NCBI GenBank assembly: GCA_044343805.1 | Contig: JBIJDZ010000005.1 | Coordinates: 1 to 49,167, forward strand | Reading direction: 5' to 3' | DNA from: Chthoniobacterales bacterium | Lineage (GTDB): Bacteria; Verrucomicrobiota; Verrucomicrobiia; Chthoniobacterales; JACTMZ01 | Length of the DNA stretch: 49,167 nucleotides | Shown: positions 29,613 to 38,433 of the stretch, piece after piece | Layout of the letters: each line of letters starts with the position of its first letter | Numbering within the stretch: the stretch's first letter is position 1 | Program-made: the position numbers and the translations under genes | Notes under the pieces: generated by a model | What the model saw: the letters and a program-made list of their open reading frames with translations, nothing else | Database searches by the model: none | What the model was told of the DNA's origin: nothing

Positions 29613-30827
29613 CTACTGCACAGAAACGGGTGGTCGACTCTGGCCGCGCAACTGGGCCAGCGCCTCTCCGACAAGAAACAGCGAGCCAGTGATCAACACG
29701 AGCCCGTCCAAGGAGGACAAACGGCGCAAGGCATCGGTCAACGAAGTGGCGTAGATGGTCGAGAATCCGGCCGCCTCAGCCGTCGCGCGCAATTCATCCT
29801 CCGGGCAACTCCGCGGGTTGCCGCTCACCGGAACAAGCCATATTTCATCCGCGATGTCGCCTAGTATCCGCAAGAGGGTCCCGGGGTCTTTGTCCCGCAT
29901 GGCAGAGAAAACCAACCGTGCTTTTTTCGCCTCGAAAATCTCACGCCAGGTGCGCACAAGAACGCGCGCGGCCTCCGGATTGTGGGCACCGTCGAGGACG
30001 ATGTTGTCCGCGTGGATCTGGAAGCGACCATCCCATTGGACCGCGGCCAAGCCGCGGCGGCGCGCGTCTTCTTGGCGAACAAGACGGGCCGCATCGAGCG
30101 CCGCCCGCGCCAACGCCGCGTTCCAACGCTGATGTTCTCCGGGCAATGCGACAAAGCCTTCGCTCCATGGTTGCTCGACGAAAAGAATCGGCGCACCGAT
30201 CTCTTGCGCACGGGTGGCTAGAACATCTCTTGCGTCCGCAGCTTGCGGAGCGGACACCACCGGCACGCCGGGTTTGATAATCCCCGCTTTCTCGGCGGCG
30301 ATTTCGGCGAGGGTATTGCCGAGCCACTGCTGATGATCCATGCCGATGGGAGTGATCACGGACACAAGGGGAGCAACGGCATTGGTGGCATCCAAGCGTC
30401 CGCCCATACCAGTTTCCCACACGACTACCTCCGCCCATTCGCGGGCAAACCACCATGCCGCCAGCACGGTGGCCAACTCGAAAAAAGTAGGGGCATACTC
30501 CCATCCGACCGAAGCCTCGCGCAGGAGCGACAACCCCTCCGCTGCGGCATCCTCCGGCATCAACTGTCCGTCGAGCCGGATGCGCTCGCGAAAATCAACA
30601 AGGTGCGGCGAGGTGTAGAGCCCTGTGCGGAGGCCGCCAGCGCGCAGCATCGCGTCGAGCATGGCGCAGGTACTGCCTTTGCCATTGGTCCCGGCGACAT
30701 GGAGGAAGCGAAGCTTTTGCTGCGGATGACCAAGCGCCGCGAGGAGGCGATGCGTGTTTTCCAACCCCAGCTTGATCCCGAAGGTCTGGCTTCCGTACAG
30801 CCACGCCAACGCGTCGCGGTAGTTCAC
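29613..30827 (-). CDS. folC: Folylpolyglutamate synthase/dihydrofolate synthase
   Basis: HVAGTNGKGST, YTSPHL, ETGMGGRLDATN, EKAGIIK and LDGAHN. Confidence 0.96.
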   Translation of the reverse strand: MNYRDALAWLYGSQTFGIKLGLENTHRLLAALGHPQQKLRFLHVAGTNGKGSTCAMLDAMLRAGGLRTGLYTSPHLVDFRERIRLDGQLMPEDAAAEGLSLLREASVGWEYAPTFFELATVLAAWWFAREWAEVVVWETGMGGRLDATNAVAPLVSVITPIGMDHQQWLGNTLAEIAAEKAGIIKPGVPVVSAPQAADARDVLATRAQEIGAPILFVEQPWSEGFVALPGEHQRWNAALARAALDAARLVRQEDARRRGLAAVQWDGRFQIHADNIVLDGAHNPEAARVLVRTWREIFEAKKARLVFSAMRDKDPGTLLRILGDIADEIWLVPVSGNPRSCPEDELRATAEAAGFSTIYATSLTDALRRLSSLDGLVLITGSLFLVGEALAQLRGQSRPPVSVQ

Positions 30828-31669
30828 TGGCCGCGGTCAAGGAAATCGAGCAACTGGGCCAGCACGGGGCGCATCCGGTTGCGCGGCACGATCATATCCA
30901 CCAAGCCGTGATCCTGCAGGAACTCGGCCGTCTGGAAACCTTTGGGCAATTCCTGGTGCGTGGTCTCACGGATAACGCGCGGTCCGGCAAAACCGATCAT
31001 GCATTTGGGCTCGGCCACGATGATGTCGCCGAGCGAGGCATAGCTGGCCATGACGCCGGCCGTGGTGGGATTGGTTAGCACCGATATATACGGCAACTTT
31101 GCCTCGGCGTGCCGTGCCAGCGCGCCGCTGGTCTTGGCCATCTGCATGAGGCTGAGCATGCCCTCGTACATGCGGGCGCCGCCGGAGGCGGAGATGACGA
31201 TGACGGGCCACTTCTTTTCCGTGCTGCGTTCGATGATGCGGGTGATTTTTTCACCCACCACCGACCCCATGGTGGCGGCGATGAAGTTGAAATCCATCAC
31301 GGCCAGACCGATGTCATGACCGTCGAGCCTTGCCTCGCCGGTCAGGACTGCGTCCTTGAGTCCGGTTTTTTTGCGGTAGGTCTCGAGGCGCTCTTGATAG
31401 GTGGCGACACCGCGGAATTTAAGCGAATCCACCGAGAGCATACCGGCGTCTCTCTCTTGGAAAGTGCCGGGATCGACGAGGCTCTCGATGCGCTCGCGGG
31501 CCCCCAAGGTCATATGGTGCTGGCACTTCGGGCAAACCTGCAAATTTTGCGCCAACTCGATGCGGTGGATCACCTCGCCGCAGGAGGGGCATTTCATCCA
31601 AAGCCCCTCGGCAATGTTGCTTTTCGACTTCGAACGGATTTTCAGCGCGGGTTTTTGGAAAATTCCCAT
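30824..31669 (-). CDS. accD: Acetyl-CoA carboxylase carboxyltransferase beta subunit
   Basis: GLWMKCPSC...CPKC zinc finger, MGSVVGEKI, SGGARMYEG and GFAGPRVI. Confidence 0.97.
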   Translation of the reverse strand: MGIFQKPALKIRSKSKSNIAEGLWMKCPSCGEVIHRIELAQNLQVCPKCQHHMTLGARERIESLVDPGTFQERDAGMLSVDSLKFRGVATYQERLETYRKKTGLKDAVLTGEARLDGHDIGLAVMDFNFIAATMGSVVGEKITRIIERSTEKKWPVIVISASGGARMYEGMLSLMQMAKTSGALARHAEAKLPYISVLTNPTTAGVMASYASLGDIIVAEPKCMIGFAGPRVIRETTHQELPKGFQTAEFLQDHGLVDMIVPRNRMRPVLAQLLDFLDRGQ

Positions 31670-31678
31670 GCTTGTTTT

Positions 31679-32413
31679 CTACCCTCGCGCGACCGTGATG
31701 ACAACCACGGCGGCAGCTCCGCCCTGGAGCAGGGTTTGGGCGCAGGCGGCCGCGGTGGAACCAGTCGTGATCACGTCATCCACGAGCGCGAGGCGACGCC
31801 CTACGACGGCAAATCCGGGCTTCATGTCAAATGCCCCCTGCAGGTTTTCAAATCTTTCCTCCCGGTGAAAGTGGGTCTGCGTGAGCGTATAGCGGCGGCG
31901 GCGCAAACAATCAGTCACCGGCAGCCCGAGGCGTCGCCCGGCCAGATGGCCGAGTACCTCGGCCTGATTGAACTCCCGCTCGCGACGCCGCGCCGGATGC
32001 AAAGGCACCGGAACAATCCCATCCACCGGCTCATCCCTGAGGCGCTCATCGCGGAAACCCTCGGCGAGCATCCGCGCCAGCAAATGGCGGAGATGAAGCT
32101 GGCGGTTGTATTTGAATCGATGGATCAACTGTCGCACGACACCGCGACTCCGATAAGCGGCGGTGGCAAATTCAAAGAACAACTCGCGGTCGCCGCAGTT
32201 CATGCAACGGAAGACCGAGGTGACGGCTCCTCCGTAGGGTTGGCTGCAGACCGCGCAACGCGGGCCGTTCAATTTGATGCGGCTCTGACGGCACCCACGG
32301 CAAAGACCGGTATAGCGTCGGCCAACCGCGCCGCCACAGGCTGCACAATGCGGCGGGTAAAGCAGGTCCGTCGCCGCCTCAAGAACCTCCCGGGGCCACC
32401 GGACGAAAGACAT
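31679..32413 (-). CDS. comF: ComF family protein (double zinc ribbon + phosphoribosyltransferase)
   Basis: YPPHCAAC and CAVC..C..C zinc ribbons, PVPLH..R..R.FNQ and LVDDVITTGST. Confidence 0.9.
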   Translation of the reverse strand: MSFVRWPREVLEAATDLLYPPHCAACGGAVGRRYTGLCRGCRQSRIKLNGPRCAVCSQPYGGAVTSVFRCMNCGDRELFFEFATAAYRSRGVVRQLIHRFKYNRQLHLRHLLARMLAEGFRDERLRDEPVDGIVPVPLHPARRREREFNQAEVLGHLAGRRLGLPVTDCLRRRRYTLTQTHFHREERFENLQGAFDMKPGFAVVGRRLALVDDVITTGSTAAACAQTLLQGGAAAVVVITVARG

Positions 32414-33305
32414 AACGAAGATAAAGCTGTACCAACACGCCGGTGAGCACCAGCACACCGAGCGGAAGAATACCGGTGGGAACCGCGCCGCTGACCAGAT
32501 TCGGGCCGACCCACGGAAGATGTCCGGAGGGAGAGGCGGAAGCCGTTTGCAGGAACAGGTTCGAGGTTTGCTGGCTGAAAATCCACCCCGCGTGCAGCCC
32601 GACGGGAAGCCAGAGCGAACGGGTGCGCACGGCGGCGACACCAAGAATCCATCCGGCCACAAACAGGCTCGCCGCGCCGAAAATCAGCAGCCCGCCTTCC
32701 GGCAAACCTTCGCTGAAACGCAAAGCCTCCGCCAAACCGCTCGACCAACCCACGGCCTCGGGCGCCATCGCGGTTTTGGACGGTTTGATGAAATGCACCA
32801 CGACGAAAAACCAAGTGCTGACAAAAATCGCGCCGGCCCGCGGCAACGACCACAGGCACAACCCCAGCACGACACCACGGAAAACTACCTCCTCGATTCC
32901 CGACACCGCCGCGGCCGTGAGCAGGATACGCCCCAGTCCGGACCAAGCCGGTTCAGGTCGCAGATGGGCAAACCCACCGGCCAAGTAAAAGACGGCGAGC
33001 ATCGCGACCAATACCGAGGCCATGACAGCACCTGCCACGAGGTCGATCCGCCAAGAGGGATTGGGTTGGAGATTGAGCTCCGCCGGGCGGCGCAGCCCGA
33101 TCCAGCGCAAGGTCGGCCAGAGCAGAACCAGCGCGCTTACCTGAATGCATCGCGACAGGACACGATGGAAGGGGAATCCGGCCAACCATGCGGAAAAGCC
33201 GGCAGCCTCCAGCCATTGGCCCAGCCAGAAGACCGGAGGCGCCACCAATGCCCCGACCACGAAGACCGTGACGAGGTAGAGTAGAATCTTCAGGTAAGCG
33301 GGCAT
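32379..33305 (-). CDS. CPBP family intramembrane metalloprotease
   Basis: EEVVFRG, FVVVH and GLHAGW motifs. Confidence 0.85.
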   Translation of the reverse strand: MPAYLKILLYLVTVFVVGALVAPPVFWLGQWLEAAGFSAWLAGFPFHRVLSRCIQVSALVLLWPTLRWIGLRRPAELNLQPNPSWRIDLVAGAVMASVLVAMLAVFYLAGGFAHLRPEPAWSGLGRILLTAAAVSGIEEVVFRGVVLGLCLWSLPRAGAIFVSTWFFVVVHFIKPSKTAMAPEAVGWSSGLAEALRFSEGLPEGGLLIFGAASLFVAGWILGVAAVRTRSLWLPVGLHAGWIFSQQTSNLFLQTASASPSGHLPWVGPNLVSGAVPTGILPLGVLVLTGVLVQLYLRYVFRPVAPGGS

Positions 33306-33397
33306 GACAAAACTGGCGGGTGATCCTCTTCGCCGTAACTCCGCGTAGGGCATCCCGAACTGATGTCCCGTGCAAGCTTTAACGCAGCCGAGACCAG

Positions 33398-33493
33398 AGC
33401 GCCGGGAAACCGCGGCAAGGACGAGCAGATTACCGTTGCTGCATTCCTGCCCTGGCGGGGTTCATCAGTCGGACCTCCGCGGCCCCCGACGCC
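33398..33493 (-). ncRNA. ffs: Signal recognition particle (4.5S) RNA
   Basis: Minus strand contains the domain IV core GAACCCCGCCAGGGCA-GGAA-TGCAGCAACGGTAA inside a long stem (GGCGTCGGGGGCCGCGG / CCGCGGTTTCCCGGCGCT); a -10-like TACATT lies just upstream. Confidence 0.88.
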
Positions 33494-33624
33494 GAATCAA
33501 TGTAAACCCGCGATGATTCGAACACAACACTGCGGAAAAATACGTAAGCGACAAATTTCTTGATTCATTATCGCGAGGCACATATAAGGAACTACTAATC
33601 CCATCATCCCCAGTAATTAGTTTT

Positions 33625-34434
33625 GTGACAAAGCCCCTCCTCATCATCTGCATCGTTATATCCCTCGCTACCGCAGCACTGGGATTAATTAACCGTGGTA
33701 AATTGGCCACAACGAAAGAAACGCTGGATAACACAGAATCCCAATTAGCCTCTACGCGTATTGAACTCGAAACCTCCAAAAAGGAGATCGAAACCAAATC
33801 TCAGGAACTCGCTGCTCTCAATACGGAAAAAACCGACCTTAACACCAAACTTACCGAGGCCCAAGGAGAGCTGACCAACGTCAAAGGGGAGTTGGCTACA
33901 GCCCAAGAAAAAGCCACTGCGGCGACCAGCGAATTGGAGCAACTCAAATCGGACGTCGCAGCCAAAGACACCAAAATCTCGGAGTTGGAGCAGAAACTTG
34001 CTTCCTCTGCATCCGGTTCACCGCAAACTCTGGTCGAGGGATCTGAAGGCGCCGATTGGAAGGCCCGAGTGACCGAGCTCGAAACAATCAACAACCAGCT
34101 GCAGGATCAAAACACCGGTCTCAACGCGCAAATCGCCGAGCTTCAGCGGAAAGAAGACAGTCGCCAGAATGTCCAGATGCGTCAAGGCCTCACAGGCACC
34201 ATCCTCGCCGTCAACCAAGCATGGAACTTTGTTGTACTAAGCATGGGCGACCGCCAAGGTGTTGTCCCCAACGCCGAAATGCTTGTCCAACGCGGCAACC
34301 AATACCTGGGGAAAGTGCGCGTTACGTCCGTCGAACCCTCGACCTCCATTGCCGACATTCTCGTGCGCACCGTTCCCCGCGGATTCACGGTGATGCCCGG
34401 GGACCAAGTGATCTACCAGTCGCAACGCGACTGA
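33625..34434 (+). CDS. Hypothetical membrane-anchored coiled-coil protein with C-terminal beta domain
   Basis: N-terminal TM/signal, long heptad-rich region, and C-terminal GTILAVN..WNFVVL..G..QGV....MLV.RG...LGKVRV. Confidence 0.8.
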   Translation: MTKPLLIICIVISLATAALGLINRGKLATTKETLDNTESQLASTRIELETSKKEIETKSQELAALNTEKTDLNTKLTEAQGELTNVKGELATAQEKATAATSELEQLKSDVAAKDTKISELEQKLASSASGSPQTLVEGSEGADWKARVTELETINNQLQDQNTGLNAQIAELQRKEDSRQNVQMRQGLTGTILAVNQAWNFVVLSMGDRQGVVPNAEMLVQRGNQYLGKVRVTSVEPSTSIADILVRTVPRGFTVMPGDQVIYQSQRD

Positions 34435-34442
34435 CAGGGCTC

Positions 34443-34628
34443 ATGCAAAAACTTCTGCTCGCCCTCCTCATGATCGCTGTCTGCAGCGGAGGGTTGACAG
34501 GGTGCACGTCTTCTTCAACGACTAGCGTCTCGGGAAGAAACGTGAGTTCCATCCCTTGGAACCGCCCAGCCAAGTGGGAAGGTGGCGGCGTGCTCGGCAG
34601 CCAGATGTCGTCCATGCAAGGTTACTGA
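34443..34628 (+). CDS. Small hypothetical lipoprotein (61 aa)
   Basis: MQKLLLALLMIAVCSGGLTGC lipobox and C-terminal IPWNRPAKWEGGG; fills the operon gap. Confidence 0.75.
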   Translation: MQKLLLALLMIAVCSGGLTGCTSSSTTSVSGRNVSSIPWNRPAKWEGGGVLGSQMSSMQGY

Positions 34629-35585
34629 GTGGCCGAGAAAAAGTTTCGCCGCGCGCTCGTCATCCGGGGCGGAGCTCTCGGGGATTTTCTTCTCACGCTC
34701 CCGGTCATCTCCGCTTTGCGTGAAGCCGCGCCCGACAGCCGCCTTGAAGTCCTTGCCTATCCCGGCATTGCCAGCTTGGCAGTCTCGGGCGGATTGGTAG
34801 ATGCCGCGCGATCGATCGAATACGGACCGCTAGCCGGATTTTTCACCCGCGGGGCGGTCCTCGATCCTGCTTTGCGGGAATACTTCGCCTCGTTCGACCT
34901 CATCCTCAGTTATCTTTACGATCCGGATGGCATTTTTTCGGAAAACCTCCGCACCGCCGGCGTCAAATGCCTGCTCACCGGTCCCCACCGGCCATCAGAA
35001 AAGTCCCACGCTATCGACCAACTCGCCGCGCCGCTAATCGATCTTCAGTTGCCCCTCGGACGCCGGGCGACACGATTGAACATTGTGCCGACCAAGCAGG
35101 GCGCAAATGTGGTCGCGCTCCACCCTGGGTCCGGCAGCCCTGCCAAAAACTGGCCGGCCGGGTATTGGCGGCAAGTTATGGAAGAGCTTCTTGCGGACAA
35201 TCCCTCGCTGCAGCTAGCCATCGTCGGCGGCGAGGCGGATAGCGACACCCTGGGTCCGCTGCGCCATTTGGACACATCCGCCCCGGTTACTTTTTGGGAA
35301 AACCTGCCATTGCCCGACTTGGCCTCAAATCTCGCCGGAGCCCGCTTTTACCTTGGACACGATACCGGCGTGAGTCATCTCGCCGCCGTGGCCGGCTTGC
35401 CATCCCTGCTGCTGTTCGGTCCGACTGATCCGGGCATCTGGGCCCCACCCCACGACCATGTGCGAGTGCTGTGCGCCCCCGGGAGAAAATGGGAGAACTT
35501 GACGCCGGATGCCGTGCTTTCGGCCGTAAGTCGCGTAATGAATAATGACCAGCCCTTGACTTGCCAGAGGCAAGGCGGGGGATGA
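34629..35585 (+). CDS. Glycosyltransferase family 9 (ADP-heptose:LPS heptosyltransferase-like)
   Basis: GALGDFLLTLP, LHPGSG..KNWP, GHDTGVSHLAA and LFGPTDP..W.P. Confidence 0.9.
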   Translation: MAEKKFRRALVIRGGALGDFLLTLPVISALREAAPDSRLEVLAYPGIASLAVSGGLVDAARSIEYGPLAGFFTRGAVLDPALREYFASFDLILSYLYDPDGIFSENLRTAGVKCLLTGPHRPSEKSHAIDQLAAPLIDLQLPLGRRATRLNIVPTKQGANVVALHPGSGSPAKNWPAGYWRQVMEELLADNPSLQLAIVGGEADSDTLGPLRHLDTSAPVTFWENLPLPDLASNLAGARFYLGHDTGVSHLAAVAGLPSLLLFGPTDPGIWAPPHDHVRVLCAPGRKWENLTPDAVLSAVSRVMNNDQPLTCQRQGGG

Positions 35586-35595
35586 GACTTCGCCT

Positions 35596-36651
35596 ATGAT
35601 AAAAAAACTGATCATCACGGCTTGCGCCGTGGCCATGATTGTTGGGCCTCTCTCCGCCGAAACTGACGAAGCTGACGCGTGGGAAGATTTGCAAGACGAA
35701 GCCGCCCGCCTCACCGAAAATCTGCCGGAAGACGAAACCGCCGGAAAAAAAGTCCTCGCCGACCGCCTGAACTCGCAACGTGAAAGCTTCAAGAAATTCC
35801 TCAAGATGCATCCGCAAAGCCCCAACCGTTGGGAGGCACGCATGGCCCTCATGCAGATCGGCGGCTCCATCGCCATGCTCGAGGACCGCGAACCGGACAT
35901 CACCGCCCAGTCCAGCGAACTCGAATCCATCGCCAATGATGCATCGGCCCCGGGCAACATCCGCGCCGATGCCGGGCTTGTTCTGCTGCAGATCGCCTCG
36001 ATGGATTTCGACCGGCAACGCACGGAAGCCGCCGCCCGATCGCTCAGCGCGGCCATCAACAAATTTCTGGAGACACACCCGGATGACGCCCGGGCCCCGG
36101 CGTTGCGCCTGGCCGAGGCGCAAGCGCTCGAGGCATTTGATCCGGCCCGTGCCAGCACGATCTTCCAAGAAGTGGCCACAGATGAAGACCCGGAGATTTC
36201 CGGAGCCGCCCAGACCGGCTTGGAACTGTTGGCCCTGCGCAATAAACCGCTCGAACTTACGTTCACGGCCCTCGACGGATCGAAGTTTGATCTGGCCGGT
36301 TTGCGCGGCAAAGTCGTCCTCGTCGACTTTTGGGCCACTTGGTGCCCGCCATGCGTGGAAGAGGTGCCAGAGTTGGTGGAAACTTACGAAAAGTTTCGCG
36401 ACAAAGGATTTGAAATCGTCGGCATTTCGTTGGACCAGAACAAGGAAACCCTCGAAAAATTTCTCAAGGAAAACAAAATGACGTGGCCGCAATACTTCGA
36501 CGGCGGGGGTTGGGAAAACAAGATCGCCCAGCGGTTCAAGATCCAATCCGTGCCAACCATGTGGCTCTTGGGCCGCGATGGCAAACTAGTCGATGCGGCA
36601 CCGCGCAGCCGTCTCGAAAAAGCCATCGAGAACGCCTTGGCCGGACCGTAA
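35596..36651 (+). CDS. Exported TlpA disulfide reductase family protein
   Basis: Signal peptide, helical region, GKVVLVDFWATWCPPC and IQSVPT. Confidence 0.92.
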   Translation: MIKKLIITACAVAMIVGPLSAETDEADAWEDLQDEAARLTENLPEDETAGKKVLADRLNSQRESFKKFLKMHPQSPNRWEARMALMQIGGSIAMLEDREPDITAQSSELESIANDASAPGNIRADAGLVLLQIASMDFDRQRTEAAARSLSAAINKFLETHPDDARAPALRLAEAQALEAFDPARASTIFQEVATDEDPEISGAAQTGLELLALRNKPLELTFTALDGSKFDLAGLRGKVVLVDFWATWCPPCVEEVPELVETYEKFRDKGFEIVGISLDQNKETLEKFLKENKMTWPQYFDGGGWENKIAQRFKIQSVPTMWLLGRDGKLVDAAPRSRLEKAIENALAGP

Positions 36652-37191
36652 TCAGGCGGCCTTGGCTCTGTGCTGCGCCCTTTCTTTTCGGAGCGCATGC
36701 CGCACCCGCCATCGCACGGGGGCTTTCACGATGTAACCCGCGCATTTGGCCGCCCCGCAACGGCAGGGATGCTCCTTGTAGTGGTCGAGGTCGTAATAGT
36801 AGTCGTAGGTCAATTCATCACCCGGCTTGATCTCGCGCAAGGCCACGATCCAAACACGCCCGCGAACGATCTGTGACTCGCAGTTGGGCGAACAGGAGTG
36901 GTTGATGTAGCGCGCCGTGTTCCAGAGCACACGGCCGTCGATATCCACGCGGTCGCTCACCTCGAAAGTATAAATACAACTGTCTCCCCCGCGCTTGGCC
37001 CGCTTCTGACGCAAATCCTCACGTCGGAAAGCTTCCGCTTTGCTGATGCGCTCGCCAGAATATTCGATTATGCGCGTGCCTTTCGGGATAACTTTGGAGG
37101 CGAACATACCTCGCCCGTGAATTTTCGACCCGCGCACCTCGGCCCACTCGCTCTTCGTAGGCTCCGGCCGTTCAGCTTTGGTTTTACTCAT
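36652..37191 (-). CDS. SET domain protein-lysine N-methyltransferase with post-SET
   Basis: IHGRGMFA, ARYINHSCSPN, ELTYDY and CRCGAAKC; ATG 37191. Confidence 0.92.
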   Translation of the reverse strand: MSKTKAERPEPTKSEWAEVRGSKIHGRGMFASKVIPKGTRIIEYSGERISKAEAFRREDLRQKRAKRGGDSCIYTFEVSDRVDIDGRVLWNTARYINHSCSPNCESQIVRGRVWIVALREIKPGDELTYDYYYDLDHYKEHPCRCGAAKCAGYIVKAPVRWRVRHALRKERAQHRAKAA

Positions 37192-37278
37192 AAAAACGTA
37201 TCTTTTAGCAGATCCGGGGGAAATCCCCAAACAAGACATCGTCACCCGATGAGATTTCCCGCATGATCCGTCGACTCC

Positions 37279-38433
37279 ATGCGGCATTTCGACGTTATCG
37301 TCCTCGGCGGAGGAGCAGCCGGATTGTTCTGCGCAGCCACCGCCGGCCAGCGCGGACGCCGCGTTCTCGTGCTGGAGCACAACGATCGGGTGGGAAAAAA
37401 AATCACTATCTCCGGCGGCGGCCGCTGCAACTTCACGAATATCAACGCCGGGCCGGCCAACTACCTCTCGCAAAGTCCCGAGTTTTGCCGCTCCGCCCTC
37501 GCCCGCTACCGCCCCGCCGAGTTTCTCGCCTTGGTCGAAAGTCACGGCATCCGCTGGCACGAAAAAAAACTCGGGCAGCTCTTCTGCAGCACGAGTTCGC
37601 GCGAGATCATTGCCATGCTGCTCGAAGAATGCCGCCGGGCTCGCGTCGAAGTCATTTGCGGCATGCCCATCGACGAGGTCACCCGGCCCGGAAAATTCGA
37701 AGTCCGGACCCCGCGGGAGACTCTCAGCAGCGAGGCGCTTGTCGTGGCCACGGGCGGGTTGTCTTTCGCCAAACTCGGCGCCTCAAACCTCGGCTACCGC
37801 ATCGCAAAACATTTCGGCCTGCGTCTCACGGAGATTCGCCCGGGGCTCGTTCCTCTCACCTTCGGCGAGGAGGACCGGAGTGTGTTTGGCCCTCTCAGCG
37901 GACTCTCCCTGCCCGTGCGCGTGCGGCACCGGGGCGCGACTTTCGATGAAGCTCTCTTGATCACCCACCGTGGCATCAGCGGCCCAGTGGTCCTGCAAAT
38001 TTCGAGTTACTGGCACGAGGGTGAACAACTCGGCTTCGATTTGCTGCCGGGTGGCGAAACCTTGCCCGTGCCCGGTCGAGAAACAGCCGCCACACAATTG
38101 GCCACCGTCTGGCCTAAACGCTTCGCTGAAATATGGTGTGCGCGGCACGCTCCCGACAAACCCGTGGCGCAGTGGACCGCCCGCGAGCGGGATCATGTGC
38201 AAAATTTTTTGCATCACTGGTCGCCGGACCTCTCCGGCACGGAAGGTTACCCCAAGGCCGAAGTCACCCTCGGGGGCGTGGACACCCGTGACCTATCGTC
38301 CAAAACCATGGAAGCGCGCAGCGTTCCCGGACTTTATTTCATCGGCGAAGTCGTCGACGTCACCGGCTGGCTCGGCGGCTACAATTTCCAGTGGGCGTGG
38401 GCCAGCGCCCACGCCGCCGGTATCAATGTCTAA
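37279..38433 (+). CDS. HI0933/YhiN(BaiN) family flavoprotein
   Basis: GGGAAG, KITISGGGRCNFTN, ATGGLS, THRGISGP, VTLGGV and GWLGGYNFQWA. Confidence 0.93.
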   Translation: MRHFDVIVLGGGAAGLFCAATAGQRGRRVLVLEHNDRVGKKITISGGGRCNFTNINAGPANYLSQSPEFCRSALARYRPAEFLALVESHGIRWHEKKLGQLFCSTSSREIIAMLLEECRRARVEVICGMPIDEVTRPGKFEVRTPRETLSSEALVVATGGLSFAKLGASNLGYRIAKHFGLRLTEIRPGLVPLTFGEEDRSVFGPLSGLSLPVRVRHRGATFDEALLITHRGISGPVVLQISSYWHEGEQLGFDLLPGGETLPVPGRETAATQLATVWPKRFAEIWCARHAPDKPVAQWTARERDHVQNFLHHWSPDLSGTEGYPKAEVTLGGVDTRDLSSKTMEARSVPGLYFIGEVVDVTGWLGGYNFQWAWASAHAAGINV

